This document shows positions 1 to 7,588 of a stretch of 27,927 nucleotides of DNA, in pieces. Both the position numbers and the translations under genes were made by a program. The DNA comes from Candidatus Rokuibacteriota bacterium (GTDB lineage: Bacteria; Methylomirabilota; Methylomirabilia; Rokubacteriales; CSP1-6): contig JACPCX010000118.1 of assembly GCA_016184305.1 (NCBI GenBank), forward strand, positions 1 to 27,927. The letters run 5' to 3'. Below the pieces are notes generated by a model that was not told the origin of the DNA, did no database searches, and saw only the letters and a program-made list of their open reading frames with translations. Every line of letters starts with the position of its first letter. Position 1 is the stretch's first letter.

Positions 1-99
1 TTGGCGACCCCCGGGCCGACCGAGACGACGGCGCCGATGAGCTCGTGCCCCATGATGAGCGGGTAGCGCACCCGCCGCTCACCGCTCCAGATCCGGTAG
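1..99. repeat. Exact 99-bp direct duplicate of 4917..5015 (internal piece of the Zn-dehydrogenase gene)
   Basis: Base-by-base identity from ttggcgaccc to atccggtag; the copies diverge at 100 vs 5016. Confidence 0.95.
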
Positions 100-126
100 G
101 GCGAAGGTGCCGGTCGCCGCTCAGCA

Positions 127-626
127 CCTGTGATCGGTGACACTTCCCGAACCTGCGGGCTCGGTCACACGAAACGCCAGGCATCACGTCCACAACGCTA
201 CGGGACCCCATCACCCCTAGCAGTTTGTACTTTCGGGCGCTCACGGTATCCTCTCCCTGGAGGTCGGCATGCCTAGGCGCTCGGCAGGTTCAGTCCCCAG
301 CGATCTGTTCGATCTCGTTGTTAAGAACGCTCTGGACTTCCTCAAGCAATCGCTTCGCGAGCTTCGGAAGCGGCCGAAATACTCGGTCATCGACTTCTGT
401 TCGGCCCTGGAACTTCTCCTAAAGGCTCGCCTCATGCTTGAGCACTGGGCCCTCATCATCTCCGCCTCGAACTGCGACTGGTGCGGGGCTCTCAGTGCTG
501 GCCTCGGGGAGTACTCCTACCTCGACGGCTGCGTTGTCTGTGGCGGGAGGTTCGACTCGGAATCATTCCACCGGGAGTGACCCCCCTGACTCGGCTGGTG
601 GTGTCGGTGTCACCGGTCATCACAGG
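127..626. repeat. Imperfect inverted repeat pair (127-143 / 607-626) flanking ORF 269..580
   Basis: cctgtgat-cggtgacac vs reverse complement cctgtgat-gac-cggtgacac (17 identities, 3-nt indel). Confidence 0.6.
269..580 (+). pseudogene. Probably internally deleted hypothetical protein: helical N-terminus (possible HEPN-like family) joined to a C-terminal Zn-ribbon
   Basis: RBS GGAGG at 259-263; TTGTAC-N16-TATCCT upstream; NALDFL..KYSVIDF..ELLLKARL..EHW joined directly to CDWC..CVVC. I recall homologues as roughly three times longer (unverified). Confidence 0.55.
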
Positions 627-772
627 ACGACGCCAAGCGAGCCGCCCGCGTCCATCGCGTCGCAAGGCAACCACTTCACCTCAGGCCGGCAATCAAGACT
701 CCGAGTGGCACTATTTCGGCACCGGGGGGAAGCGCCGCAGACACGAGCGCCGGGCAAGTGCGCGTCGTGATG

Positions 773-812
773 TGGTGGCCCCAACGGGACTCGAACCTGT
801 GTTTCAGTCATG
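773..812 (-). pseudogene. 3' half of a tRNA (Glu-like), probable att-site remnant; not a complete tRNA
   Basis: Minus strand ...aaacACAGG-TTCGAGT-CCCGT-TGGGGCC-A-CCA gives T-arm, 3' acceptor strand and CCA; no complementary 5' acceptor strand or D-arm upstream. Confidence 0.8.
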
Positions 813-933
813 ATCACGTCTTCGCTATGTTACTTACCCGGTTGGAGAGCGGTCACCCCCCAAGAACACGACGCGACTAAAACACGCAGTCCGCACAACC
901 CCCAGGCGGGAACGATTATGCCGGCTCCAATCG

Positions 934-1419
934 TCACTTTGACTCAGGTGGCATCCGTTCCTGCAGCCACTGCTTGAATCCCTCCTGTGACTCAGGTGGG
1001 ATGTGCTCCAGCGTCCACTGCTTGAATCGCTCCTGGTCCTCCGGGTCGGCTGAGTCGACGGCTGCCGCAATGTCGCCCCAGAGAAAGTCGCGATGGGCCG
1101 CGCACACTGCCAGCTCCCCGGTCCTATCCGCCAGGCTGCCGAGGATCCCTGGGATGACCAGGAGCCGGACCAGTGCCGACGGCAGCATGCCCGCATCCCG
1201 ACCGCCAGTCACGATCTCGGCGATGGTTTGCACGTTGTGAACGTCGACGGCATCGACGGGCGGCTCGCCACAGACAACGTGGTTGGCTCCCCACGAGATC
1301 CGGCGCACAGACGGAAAACGGCAATGCGGCCGGCTATGGTAGGCGAACTCCCGGGCGGCCATCCAGGGCCTGATTGCTCCCGCAACGACCTTGCCGAGCC
1401 AAAACCAGACGCTAGGCAC
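934..1419 (-). CDS. Hypothetical protein with C-terminal 16-aa tandem repeat
   Basis: GTG start with AAGGAG RBS; non-shadow composition; PEDQERFKQW / PESQEGFKQW / PESK. Confidence 0.6.
   Translation of the reverse strand: MPSVWFWLGKVVAGAIRPWMAAREFAYHSRPHCRFPSVRRISWGANHVVCGEPPVDAVDVHNVQTIAEIVTGGRDAGMLPSALVRLLVIPGILGSLADRTGELAVCAAHRDFLWGDIAAAVDSADPEDQERFKQWTLEHIPPESQEGFKQWLQERMPPESK
941..1036. repeat. Two imperfect 48-bp tandem units within CDS 934..1419
   Basis: gactcaggtgg...ccactgcttgaatc..ctcctg starting at 941 and 989. Confidence 0.85.
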
Positions 1420-1637
1420 CGACTCGTCTCCTTTCCTTCGAAAACCTGCGGGCGCGGATCGGGGCGATCATGCCGCTGCCCTGACCCCCTCGCCCTGCCA
1501 TCAGGCTCCCCTCTCGGACGAGCGCGCCGAGGGGACGCGGCGCGCTCCGCAATCACACCCGGCGGCTGAAGGACCAGCCGATGGCACAGCGAGCACGATG
1601 ACCGCGGACCACTTGCGAGCGAAGATGGCGGCGCTCA

Positions 1638-1949
1638 TCAAAATCCCCATAAGCGTCTAAGCTCGGGCCATGTGAGCACCACAGTCAGGGCGAAGATCCC
1701 AACCGTGAAGAGCAGTAGCAGCAGGTTGAGCCAGTAGATGCGCCGACCGAGCGAATCGGACGAGGCAGTCTGACCCTCGATCGCCCGAGTCTGTATCTGG
1801 ATAGCGTTGGTGCCATTGTCGATGGCTTCACGGAGCCGCCGCATCATCTCCGCTTCGACTACGCCCCGGGGAGCGTCCCCTCGGGAAGCCGCAATCACCA
1901 GATCATGGCTGGTCCATTCTTGGTATGCGTTTGTCGTCGCGCCGGGCAT
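1638..1949 (-). CDS. Hypothetical protein, helical region plus C-terminal transmembrane helix
   Basis: GAGGAG RBS; hydrophobic IYWLNLLLLLFTVGIFALTVVLTW. Confidence 0.7.
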   Translation of the reverse strand: MPGATTNAYQEWTSHDLVIAASRGDAPRGVVEAEMMRRLREAIDNGTNAIQIQTRAIEGQTASSDSLGRRIYWLNLLLLLFTVGIFALTVVLTWPELRRLWGF

Positions 1950-1974
1950 TGTCGCTATCTCCTCGTCCGCGCCA

Positions 1975-2232
1975 TCACGCCACCGCCTTCCGCGCCGCCT
2001 TCTTCCCGGGCGCTTTCGGGAACACGTCCTTGACCGTCTCCAGCATCGTGCGGAGCTCGGTCCCTCGGGCGCACAGCTCCTGCGAGCGGCCGTGCAGATA
2101 CGTGGAGGCGGCCATTGGCACGGTCTTCCGCTGCTGGAGCACCTCCGCCCGCTCAGCCTCGCGCGTGACGGACTTCTCCTCGTCGCTGATGTTCTGCTCG
2201 GTGGATTTCCGCGCGCACATCGCGGCGATCAT
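1975..2232 (-). CDS. Small hypothetical protein with Lys/Ala-rich tail (possibly a gene remnant)
   Basis: GGAGGG RBS right after the Sel1 gene stop; GC3-rich codons. Confidence 0.5.
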   Translation of the reverse strand: MIAAMCARKSTEQNISDEEKSVTREAERAEVLQQRKTVPMAASTYLHGRSQELCARGTELRTMLETVKDVFPKAPGKKAARKAVA

Positions 2233-2241
2233 CGGCCCCTC

Positions 2242-2871
2242 CTACTTGCCCGGCGTCGGTCCCGTTGGCCGCTCCGGCTTCGGCTTCCAGTCCCGCGCCA
2301 TGTCTTGCGCCTTGGCGCGCTGCTCTGGAGTCAGCCGGTTCACGACAAGGTCTCTGGCCTTGAGGAGATCCCCACTCCACCCACCCGTGTCCGTTCGGCT
2401 GGCGGCAAGGATGAACCAGAAATATGCGAAGAGGTCGTCCTCCGGACCACCCTGGCCCTTGGCGTACATCTCCCCGAGGTTGACCTGCGCCAGGATGTCC
2501 CCTTGCTCCGCGGCCCGGCGGAACCACTTCATCGCTTCGCGGTCGTGCTGCGGCACGCCCCGGCCGTTGGCGTACGCCGACCCGAGGTGGAACTGCGCAA
2601 AGGCGTTCCCCTGCTCGGCCGCGCGGCGGAACCACTTCACCGCCTCGCGGTCGTCCTGCGGCACGCCCCAGCCGTCGGCGTACATCACCCCGAGAATCAA
2701 CTGCGCGTCGGGGTACCCGTGCTCGGCCATGCGCCAGCACTCCCGCAGGGCCGTGGCAACATCAAAATCACGCCGGGCGCGGTCTACTTCGCACGCTCGC
2801 AGGTCAGGCATGGCCTGGGATACCAGGAGGGCGGAGAACAGGACACCGGCAGCAGCGGCCCAGCACTTCAT
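2242..2871 (-). CDS. Secreted Sel1-like repeat protein
   Basis: AQxxLGxMYxxGxGVPQDxxEAxKWFRRAAEQG repeats; signal-like N-terminus; ATG 2871 after GAGGAG. Confidence 0.9.
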   Translation of the reverse strand: MKCWAAAAGVLFSALLVSQAMPDLRACEVDRARRDFDVATALRECWRMAEHGYPDAQLILGVMYADGWGVPQDDREAVKWFRRAAEQGNAFAQFHLGSAYANGRGVPQHDREAMKWFRRAAEQGDILAQVNLGEMYAKGQGGPEDDLFAYFWFILAASRTDTGGWSGDLLKARDLVVNRLTPEQRAKAQDMARDWKPKPERPTGPTPGK

Positions 2872-3179
2872 CTTCGAACTCCTCTCCGCAACGGTGCCAC
2901 TCGTTGGCCTCGGCCCCCGGCGCGGCCTCCGCAGTCGTGGGACGGTGACCTCCGTGTCCACCACCCCCCTCCGGAGGGAGGGGAGAAAAGGGGCCGAGGC
3001 GATGACGGCGCGTAGCCAGCACAAACGGTGTCTGGCGCGGCCCAGGCCGCGGCGGCGCCATCGGGTGGGGCCTGGGTAACATAAGAGGCGCACTCGGCCG
3101 GGGCGCCGCGTGCGGACCCGGCCCTCCCAGGGATCGCCCCCAATGCTCCCCTTCTATGCCGATGCCACAGCAACGGAGT

Positions 3180-3515
3180 TCACGGCCACTCGATGATCGC
3201 GCCGGCGACGGGCTCGATCGGCCTCCGATGCCACGCGGCGTCGAACGCGGAGAGATAGGCCGCCTCGCGCACTTGCGGCAGCGTCACGATGACGATCGCG
3301 AGCTCAGGCAGCGCCTCGAGAATGTTCCCGGCGGAGGCTCCGAAGCGCCGGTCGCGCGTGAGGAGAATGCGGAAGCCCTCGCGAGATGCCGCCTGGGCCA
3401 GCGCTCCGTTCGTCAGTTCCCGCCAGCCCCGTCCCGCCGTCGTCTCGGCGACGATGTCGTAGCCGTGGAGGAGTCGGGTCAGGGCAGTGGGGAGATTGAC
3501 GTCAAGCAGCCACAT
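3180..3515 (-). CDS. DUF5615 PIN-like toxin (VapC45-like)
   Basis: LLDVNLP..GW..L.NGAL...A....F..LLTRDR; overlaps the upstream DUF433 gene. Confidence 0.85.
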   Translation of the reverse strand: MWLLDVNLPTALTRLLHGYDIVAETTAGRGWRELTNGALAQAASREGFRILLTRDRRFGASAGNILEALPELAIVIVTLPQVREAAYLSAFDAAWHRRPIEPVAGAIIEWP

Positions 3516-3738
3516 CGCTCCGATCGGTGACCTCTGCGGCGAAGCGGAGCACCTCGGCGAGGCTGTCGCGCGGGAAATCCGAGTATTCTCCTACGATGTC
3601 CTCGTACGACATGCCTTCGGCCAAGCACGCCAGGATGAACGACACCGAGAGGCGCGTTCCCCGGATCGTGGGTTTACCGCCCAGACGTTCGGGATTCGTC
3701 ACGAGGTATCGGAACCCTGGAATCGGTGTGTCGTCCAC
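3502..3738 (-). CDS. DUF433 antitoxin
   Basis: NPERLGGKPTIRGTRLSVSFILACLAEGMSYEDIVGEY; GTG 3738 after GGAGGAGG. Confidence 0.9.
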   Translation of the reverse strand: MDDTPIPGFRYLVTNPERLGGKPTIRGTRLSVSFILACLAEGMSYEDIVGEYSDFPRDSLAEVLRFAAEVTDRSDVAA

Positions 3739-3846
3739 GCTTTCCCTCCTCCGCCATTGACCGGAGGCCCCTGACGACTGCCGGCCGGCTCGGGCGGCCG
3801 CCGCTGCCACCACGGGGCCCCATCCAAACCGAAGTATACGTGCCTC

Positions 3847-4038
3847 GTGGACCTGGGCCTGAGGTTCTTCGGCGGCGCGCTGACGCCGGCGCTCTCGGCC
3901 GTGGACATCGCGTGCTGGGACTTCTGGGGCAAGGTCGTGGGCCAGTCCGTGTGCGCGCTGCTCGGGGGCTCACGCGACCGCGTGCCGACCTACGCGAGCG
4001 GCGCCCCATGGGCCCGGATCCGGTGGACTACCCGGTGA
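3847..4038 (+). pseudogene. Mandelate racemase/muconate lactonizing enzyme N-terminal fragment
   Basis: [36 protein letters not shown] signature; no TIM-barrel domain follows. Confidence 0.85.
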
Positions 4039-4092
4039 TGGCGAGCTCTCGACTCAGGGACATGGGCTGCAGCCAGATGGCGCATAGCCGCG

Positions 4093-4112
4093 CTTTTTCA
4101 GCGGCCGGCTAG
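4093..4112. repeat. Degenerate copy of the CTAG-anchored repeat end
   Basis: ctttttcagcggccggctag, 19/20 identical to 16763..16782; overlaps TAG stop at 4109-4111. Confidence 0.7.
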
Positions 4113-5056
4113 GGGATGACCACGACCTTGATGGACTCGGGGGACCGGTGGGCGACGAAGGCATCCTGGATCGCTTCCAGCGGGAACCGGTGGGTCAGGA
4201 GCCGCTCCGTCCGGACAGCGCCCGAGGCCAGGAGCCGGATCGCCTCGGGGAACTCGTCCTGGTAGATCATGGACCCGATCAGACGGAGCTCGCGGCGGAC
4301 GACCCAGAAGAAGTGCAGCGACGACGGCTCGTGCGGAAGCCCCGTGAGCACGACCCGCCCGCCCGGCCGCGCCAGCTCCACCGCCTGCTCCACCGCCTCG
4401 GCCGTGCCCGCGGTCTCGACGACGAGGTCCACTCCCTCGCGCCCGGACAGCGCGCGCGCCGCCTCCACTGAAGGGGTGCCGGCAGCCCCCGTCGCGGCGC
4501 CGGCGGTGGTGGCCACGGCGTCGGCGCCCATCGCGCGGGCCAGCTCGAGCCGCCGCTCGCTCCGCGCGACCGCGAGGACGCGCAGGCCGCGCGCCCTGAG
4601 CACCTGGACGGCCAGGAGACCGAGAGTGCCAACGCCGAGCACGGCGGCGGTCTCCCCCGCGAGAGCCTCACCCCGGACGACAGCGCGGACCACGACGGCC
4701 AGCGGCTCGGCCAGCAGGAGCTGATCGTCGGCCAGGTCGGCCGGGGCCGGCCAGCAGACGCGCGCGGGCAGCCGCGCCTGCTCCGCGAACCCGCCGTCCA
4801 CGTCGATCCCGACGGCCGTGCGCGACAGACAGAGGTTCCAGTTGCCCTCGCGGCAGAGCGGGCAGGCGCCACAGGAGTAGTTCGGCTGGACGGCGACCTT
4901 CTGGCCGGGCACCACGTTGGCGACCCCCGGGCCGACCGAGACGACGGCGCCGATGAGCTCGTGCCCCATGATGAGCGGGTAGCGCACCCGCCGCTCACCG
5001 CTCCAGATCCGGTAGACCCTGACATCCCTCGGCCCGTGAAGCACCGCCGCCTTCAC
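4109..5056 (-). CDS. Zn-dependent alcohol/sugar dehydrogenase (MDR family) with an in-frame N-terminal deletion
   Basis: GHE, CGACPLC..G..NLC, GVGTLG; GTG overlaps exonuclease TGA; HGPRDVRV joins directly to YRIWSGE, so the GICGxD motif is absent. Confidence 0.85.
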   Translation of the reverse strand: MKAAVLHGPRDVRVYRIWSGERRVRYPLIMGHELIGAVVSVGPGVANVVPGQKVAVQPNYSCGACPLCREGNWNLCLSRTAVGIDVDGGFAEQARLPARVCWPAPADLADDQLLLAEPLAVVVRAVVRGEALAGETAAVLGVGTLGLLAVQVLRARGLRVLAVARSERRLELARAMGADAVATTAGAATGAAGTPSVEAARALSGREGVDLVVETAGTAEAVEQAVELARPGGRVVLTGLPHEPSSLHFFWVVRRELRLIGSMIYQDEFPEAIRLLASGAVRTERLLTHRFPLEAIQDAFVAHRSPESIKVVVIP

Positions 5057-5643
5057 CGCGGTTTGCTTCCCTGGCCCGCCACGTGGTGCAGCACCGCGCT
5101 GGCCAGCCAGGCGTCGGCGCGCGCGCGATGCGCCTGCTTCTGCTCGATGCCGCATTGCCAGCCGGCGTCCTCCAGCCGGTGCCAGCGGTAGCCGCCGCGG
5201 CGGCCGCTCCAGTCGCCGCGGAAGCGCGCGTACAGCTCCATCAGGCAGCGGGCGTCGCTGCGCGGCCGCCACCCCGCCAGGCCATGGGCCCGATGCGACT
5301 GCTCGATCATCCGAAGGTCGAACGGAGCGTTGTAGATGGCGATGAGCCGGCCGCGGAGGGCCGCCTCCACCGCGGGCCAGACCTCGGGCCACGTGGGCGC
5401 GTCCCGCACGGCCCCCTCGGTGATGCCGTGAACGGCGGCCGCGCCGGGGGAGATCCTGCAGGCCGATCTCACCAGTGAGTCCACCAGCACGCTGCCATCG
5501 TGGTCCAGCACACAGATCTCGACGATCTGGTCGCCTGCGTCCAGACCCGTGGTCTCCGTGTCGAGGTAGACGGGGTGCTCGGCCAGGATGCGCCCGGCCT
5601 CGAGCACCGCCTCGTGCCGTGCGTCGTTCCCCCCCGCGCTCAC
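5053..5643 (-). CDS. DEDDh 3'-5' exonuclease (DnaQ-like)
   Basis: YLDTETTG, YNAPFD, HRARADA. Confidence 0.92.
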   Translation of the reverse strand: MSAGGNDARHEAVLEAGRILAEHPVYLDTETTGLDAGDQIVEICVLDHDGSVLVDSLVRSACRISPGAAAVHGITEGAVRDAPTWPEVWPAVEAALRGRLIAIYNAPFDLRMIEQSHRAHGLAGWRPRSDARCLMELYARFRGDWSGRRGGYRWHRLEDAGWQCGIEQKQAHRARADAWLASAVLHHVAGQGSKPR

Positions 5644-5688
5644 CGCGGAGCCCTCACGCGCGGGCGCCGCGGAGGCGCCGGGCGCCTC

Positions 5689-5781
5689 TCACGCGCCGGG
5701 GGCGCCGCGATCCAGGAACAGCCTCTGCCCCGTAACGGAGTCGGCGGCGGGGGAGGCGAGATGGACAACGGTGAGCCTCGC
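5689..5781 (-). pseudogene. C-terminal remnant of a short-chain dehydrogenase (not in the ORF track)
   Basis: Manual translation ARLTVVHLASPAADSVTGQRLFLDRGAPGA*, resembling the SDR tail (FLAS..A.YVTGQ.L.VDGG). Confidence 0.65.
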
Positions 5782-7575
5782 TCAGCGGTACAGCTCCTCC
5801 AGCGCGTCCCGGTACTCCTCCCGGATCACCTTCCGCTTCACCTTGAGCGTCGGGGTGAGGAAGCCGTTTTCCACGGTGAAGTCCCCTGGCAGGATCGCGA
5901 ACTTCTTGATCTTGGCATAGGACTGCAGCTCGGTGTTTCTCTGCTCCACGATGCGGGAGACCCGTTCCACCACCTTCGGATGCTTGACGAGCGCCGCGGG
6001 ATCGAGGTTCAGGATCCCTTGCTCCTTGGCGAACTTGGTCAGCTCCTCCGGGTTCACGGTGATGAGTGCCACCGGATAGGGGCGCTTGTCGCCGTGGACC
6101 ATCACCTGGCTGATAAACGGATCGCCCTTGAGCAGGTTCTCGATGTTCTGGGGGGCGATGTTCATCCCGCCCGCGGTGACGATCAGGTCCTTCTTGCGGT
6201 CGGTGATGAAGAGGAACCCTTCGGGATCGATCTTGCCGATGTCGCCGGTGGCGAACCAGCCGTCGGGCAGGAACACCTCCGCCGTCGCCTCCGGCTTCTT
6301 GAAGTAGCCCTTCGCGATGTTCGAGCCCCGCCCCAGGATCTCGCCGTCGGAGGCGATCTTGAGCTCCACGCCCGGGATCGCCTGGCCCACCGAACCGAAC
6401 TTGAACGCGTCGGTGCGGTTGGCGCTCAGGATCGGGCACGTCTCCGTGAGCCCGTACCCCTCGAGGATCAGGATGCCGGCGGCGTGGAAGAATTCCGCGA
6501 TCTCGCGGGAGAGCGGTGCGCCACCGGAGATCGCGAAGACGAGCCGGCCCCCGAGGGCCTCGTGCATCTTGGAGAAGACGAGCGTGTGGGCGAGACGGTA
6601 CTTGACGGCGAGCGCGCCCGTCACGGGCAGCTTGGCCTGCGTGCGCCCCGAGGCCTCCTTGCCGACCCCCACGGCCCAGCGGAAGATCTTCTTCTTCAGC
6701 GGCGAGCCCGCCTCGGCCTTGGCGAGCACCCCCGCGTACACCTTCTCGAAGACCCGGGGCACGCTGACGAGGAAGTGCGGGCGGACCTCCGGCAGGTTCT
6801 CGCGCAGCTTGTCGATGCTCTCGGCGAAGGCCGTCGTCAGCCCACGGTGCACGCCCGTGAACGACTCGAGCCGGCCAAAGGAGTGCGCCAGCGGCAGGAA
6901 GAGCAGGTGGACCCAGCCCTCCTCGACGCGGAGAACCTGGGCCGCGGCCTCGAGCGCCGCCATGTGGTTGCGATGGGTCTGGACGACCCCCTTCGGCGGT
7001 CCCGTCGTCCCCGACGTGTAGACGATGGTCGCCACATCCTCGGGCTTCGTCTCGGTGACCCGGGTGGCCAGCTCTCCCTTGAGGCGATCCGCGCTCTCGC
7101 GGCCCAGGCGCCGGAACGCCTCCCACGTGTGGATGAACGGGGAGGGCTCCTTCCCCTCGTATCCCTGCATGACGACCACCTGCTCCAGCCGCTCCATCGT
7201 GCCGCGCACCTCGAGCACCTTGGCGAGCTGGATCGGGTCCTCGACGATGAGCGTCCTCACCTCGGCGTCGTTGACGATGTACTGGATGAGATCGGCCGGG
7301 TAGGTCGGGTAGATGGGGATCGTCACGCAGCCGGCTGAGAAGATGGCGAAGTCGGCCTGCACCCACTCGGCGCGGCTCGCCGAGAGGACCCCGACGGCCG
7401 CCCCGCGCTTCCGGCCGAGCGCGATGAGCGCGGTGGCAAGCTCGCGGGCAGCCTCCCCCACCTCGCGCCACGCCAGTGTCTCCCACTTCCCACCCCGCTT
7501 GCGCTGCTGGGCTGGCCTGTCCGCGCTGCGCTCCACACGGTCCCAGAACATCGTCGCGAGCGTCTTCTCGGCCAT
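5782..7575 (-). CDS. fadD: Long-chain fatty acid-CoA ligase
   Basis: YTSGTTGPPKG, EGYGLTE, GWFATGDIG, DRKKDLIVTAGG, LTPTLKVKR; GGAGGA RBS. Confidence 0.93.
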   Translation of the reverse strand: MAEKTLATMFWDRVERSADRPAQQRKRGGKWETLAWREVGEAARELATALIALGRKRGAAVGVLSASRAEWVQADFAIFSAGCVTIPIYPTYPADLIQYIVNDAEVRTLIVEDPIQLAKVLEVRGTMERLEQVVVMQGYEGKEPSPFIHTWEAFRRLGRESADRLKGELATRVTETKPEDVATIVYTSGTTGPPKGVVQTHRNHMAALEAAAQVLRVEEGWVHLLFLPLAHSFGRLESFTGVHRGLTTAFAESIDKLRENLPEVRPHFLVSVPRVFEKVYAGVLAKAEAGSPLKKKIFRWAVGVGKEASGRTQAKLPVTGALAVKYRLAHTLVFSKMHEALGGRLVFAISGGAPLSREIAEFFHAAGILILEGYGLTETCPILSANRTDAFKFGSVGQAIPGVELKIASDGEILGRGSNIAKGYFKKPEATAEVFLPDGWFATGDIGKIDPEGFLFITDRKKDLIVTAGGMNIAPQNIENLLKGDPFISQVMVHGDKRPYPVALITVNPEELTKFAKEQGILNLDPAALVKHPKVVERVSRIVEQRNTELQSYAKIKKFAILPGDFTVENGFLTPTLKVKRKVIREEYRDALEELYR

Positions 7576-7588
7576 GGCGCGTCCTCCC

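Noticed and set aside
481..813. ORF ending VVAPTGLEPVFQS as a recombinase gene
   Set aside because: The motif is just the antisense translation of the tRNA fragment; the rest shows no recombinase motifs
773..850. Complete functional tRNA gene
   Set aside because: No 5' acceptor strand, D-arm or convincing anticodon arm; only the 3' half is present
941..1036. CRISPR-like repeat-spacer array
   Set aside because: Only two units, period a multiple of 3, inside an ORF; no cas genes
1807..3079. Long plus-strand ORFs here and similar ones at 5500..7338, 13553..15445, 15295..16683, 19308..20621 and 26354..27499
   Set aside because: Antisense shadows of clear minus-strand genes, expected in high-GC DNA
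5689..5784. Selenocysteine or stop read-through extension of FadD
   Set aside because: FadD ends at its normal C-terminus (EELYR), the extension resembles an unrelated SDR tail and no SECIS-like hairpin was evident
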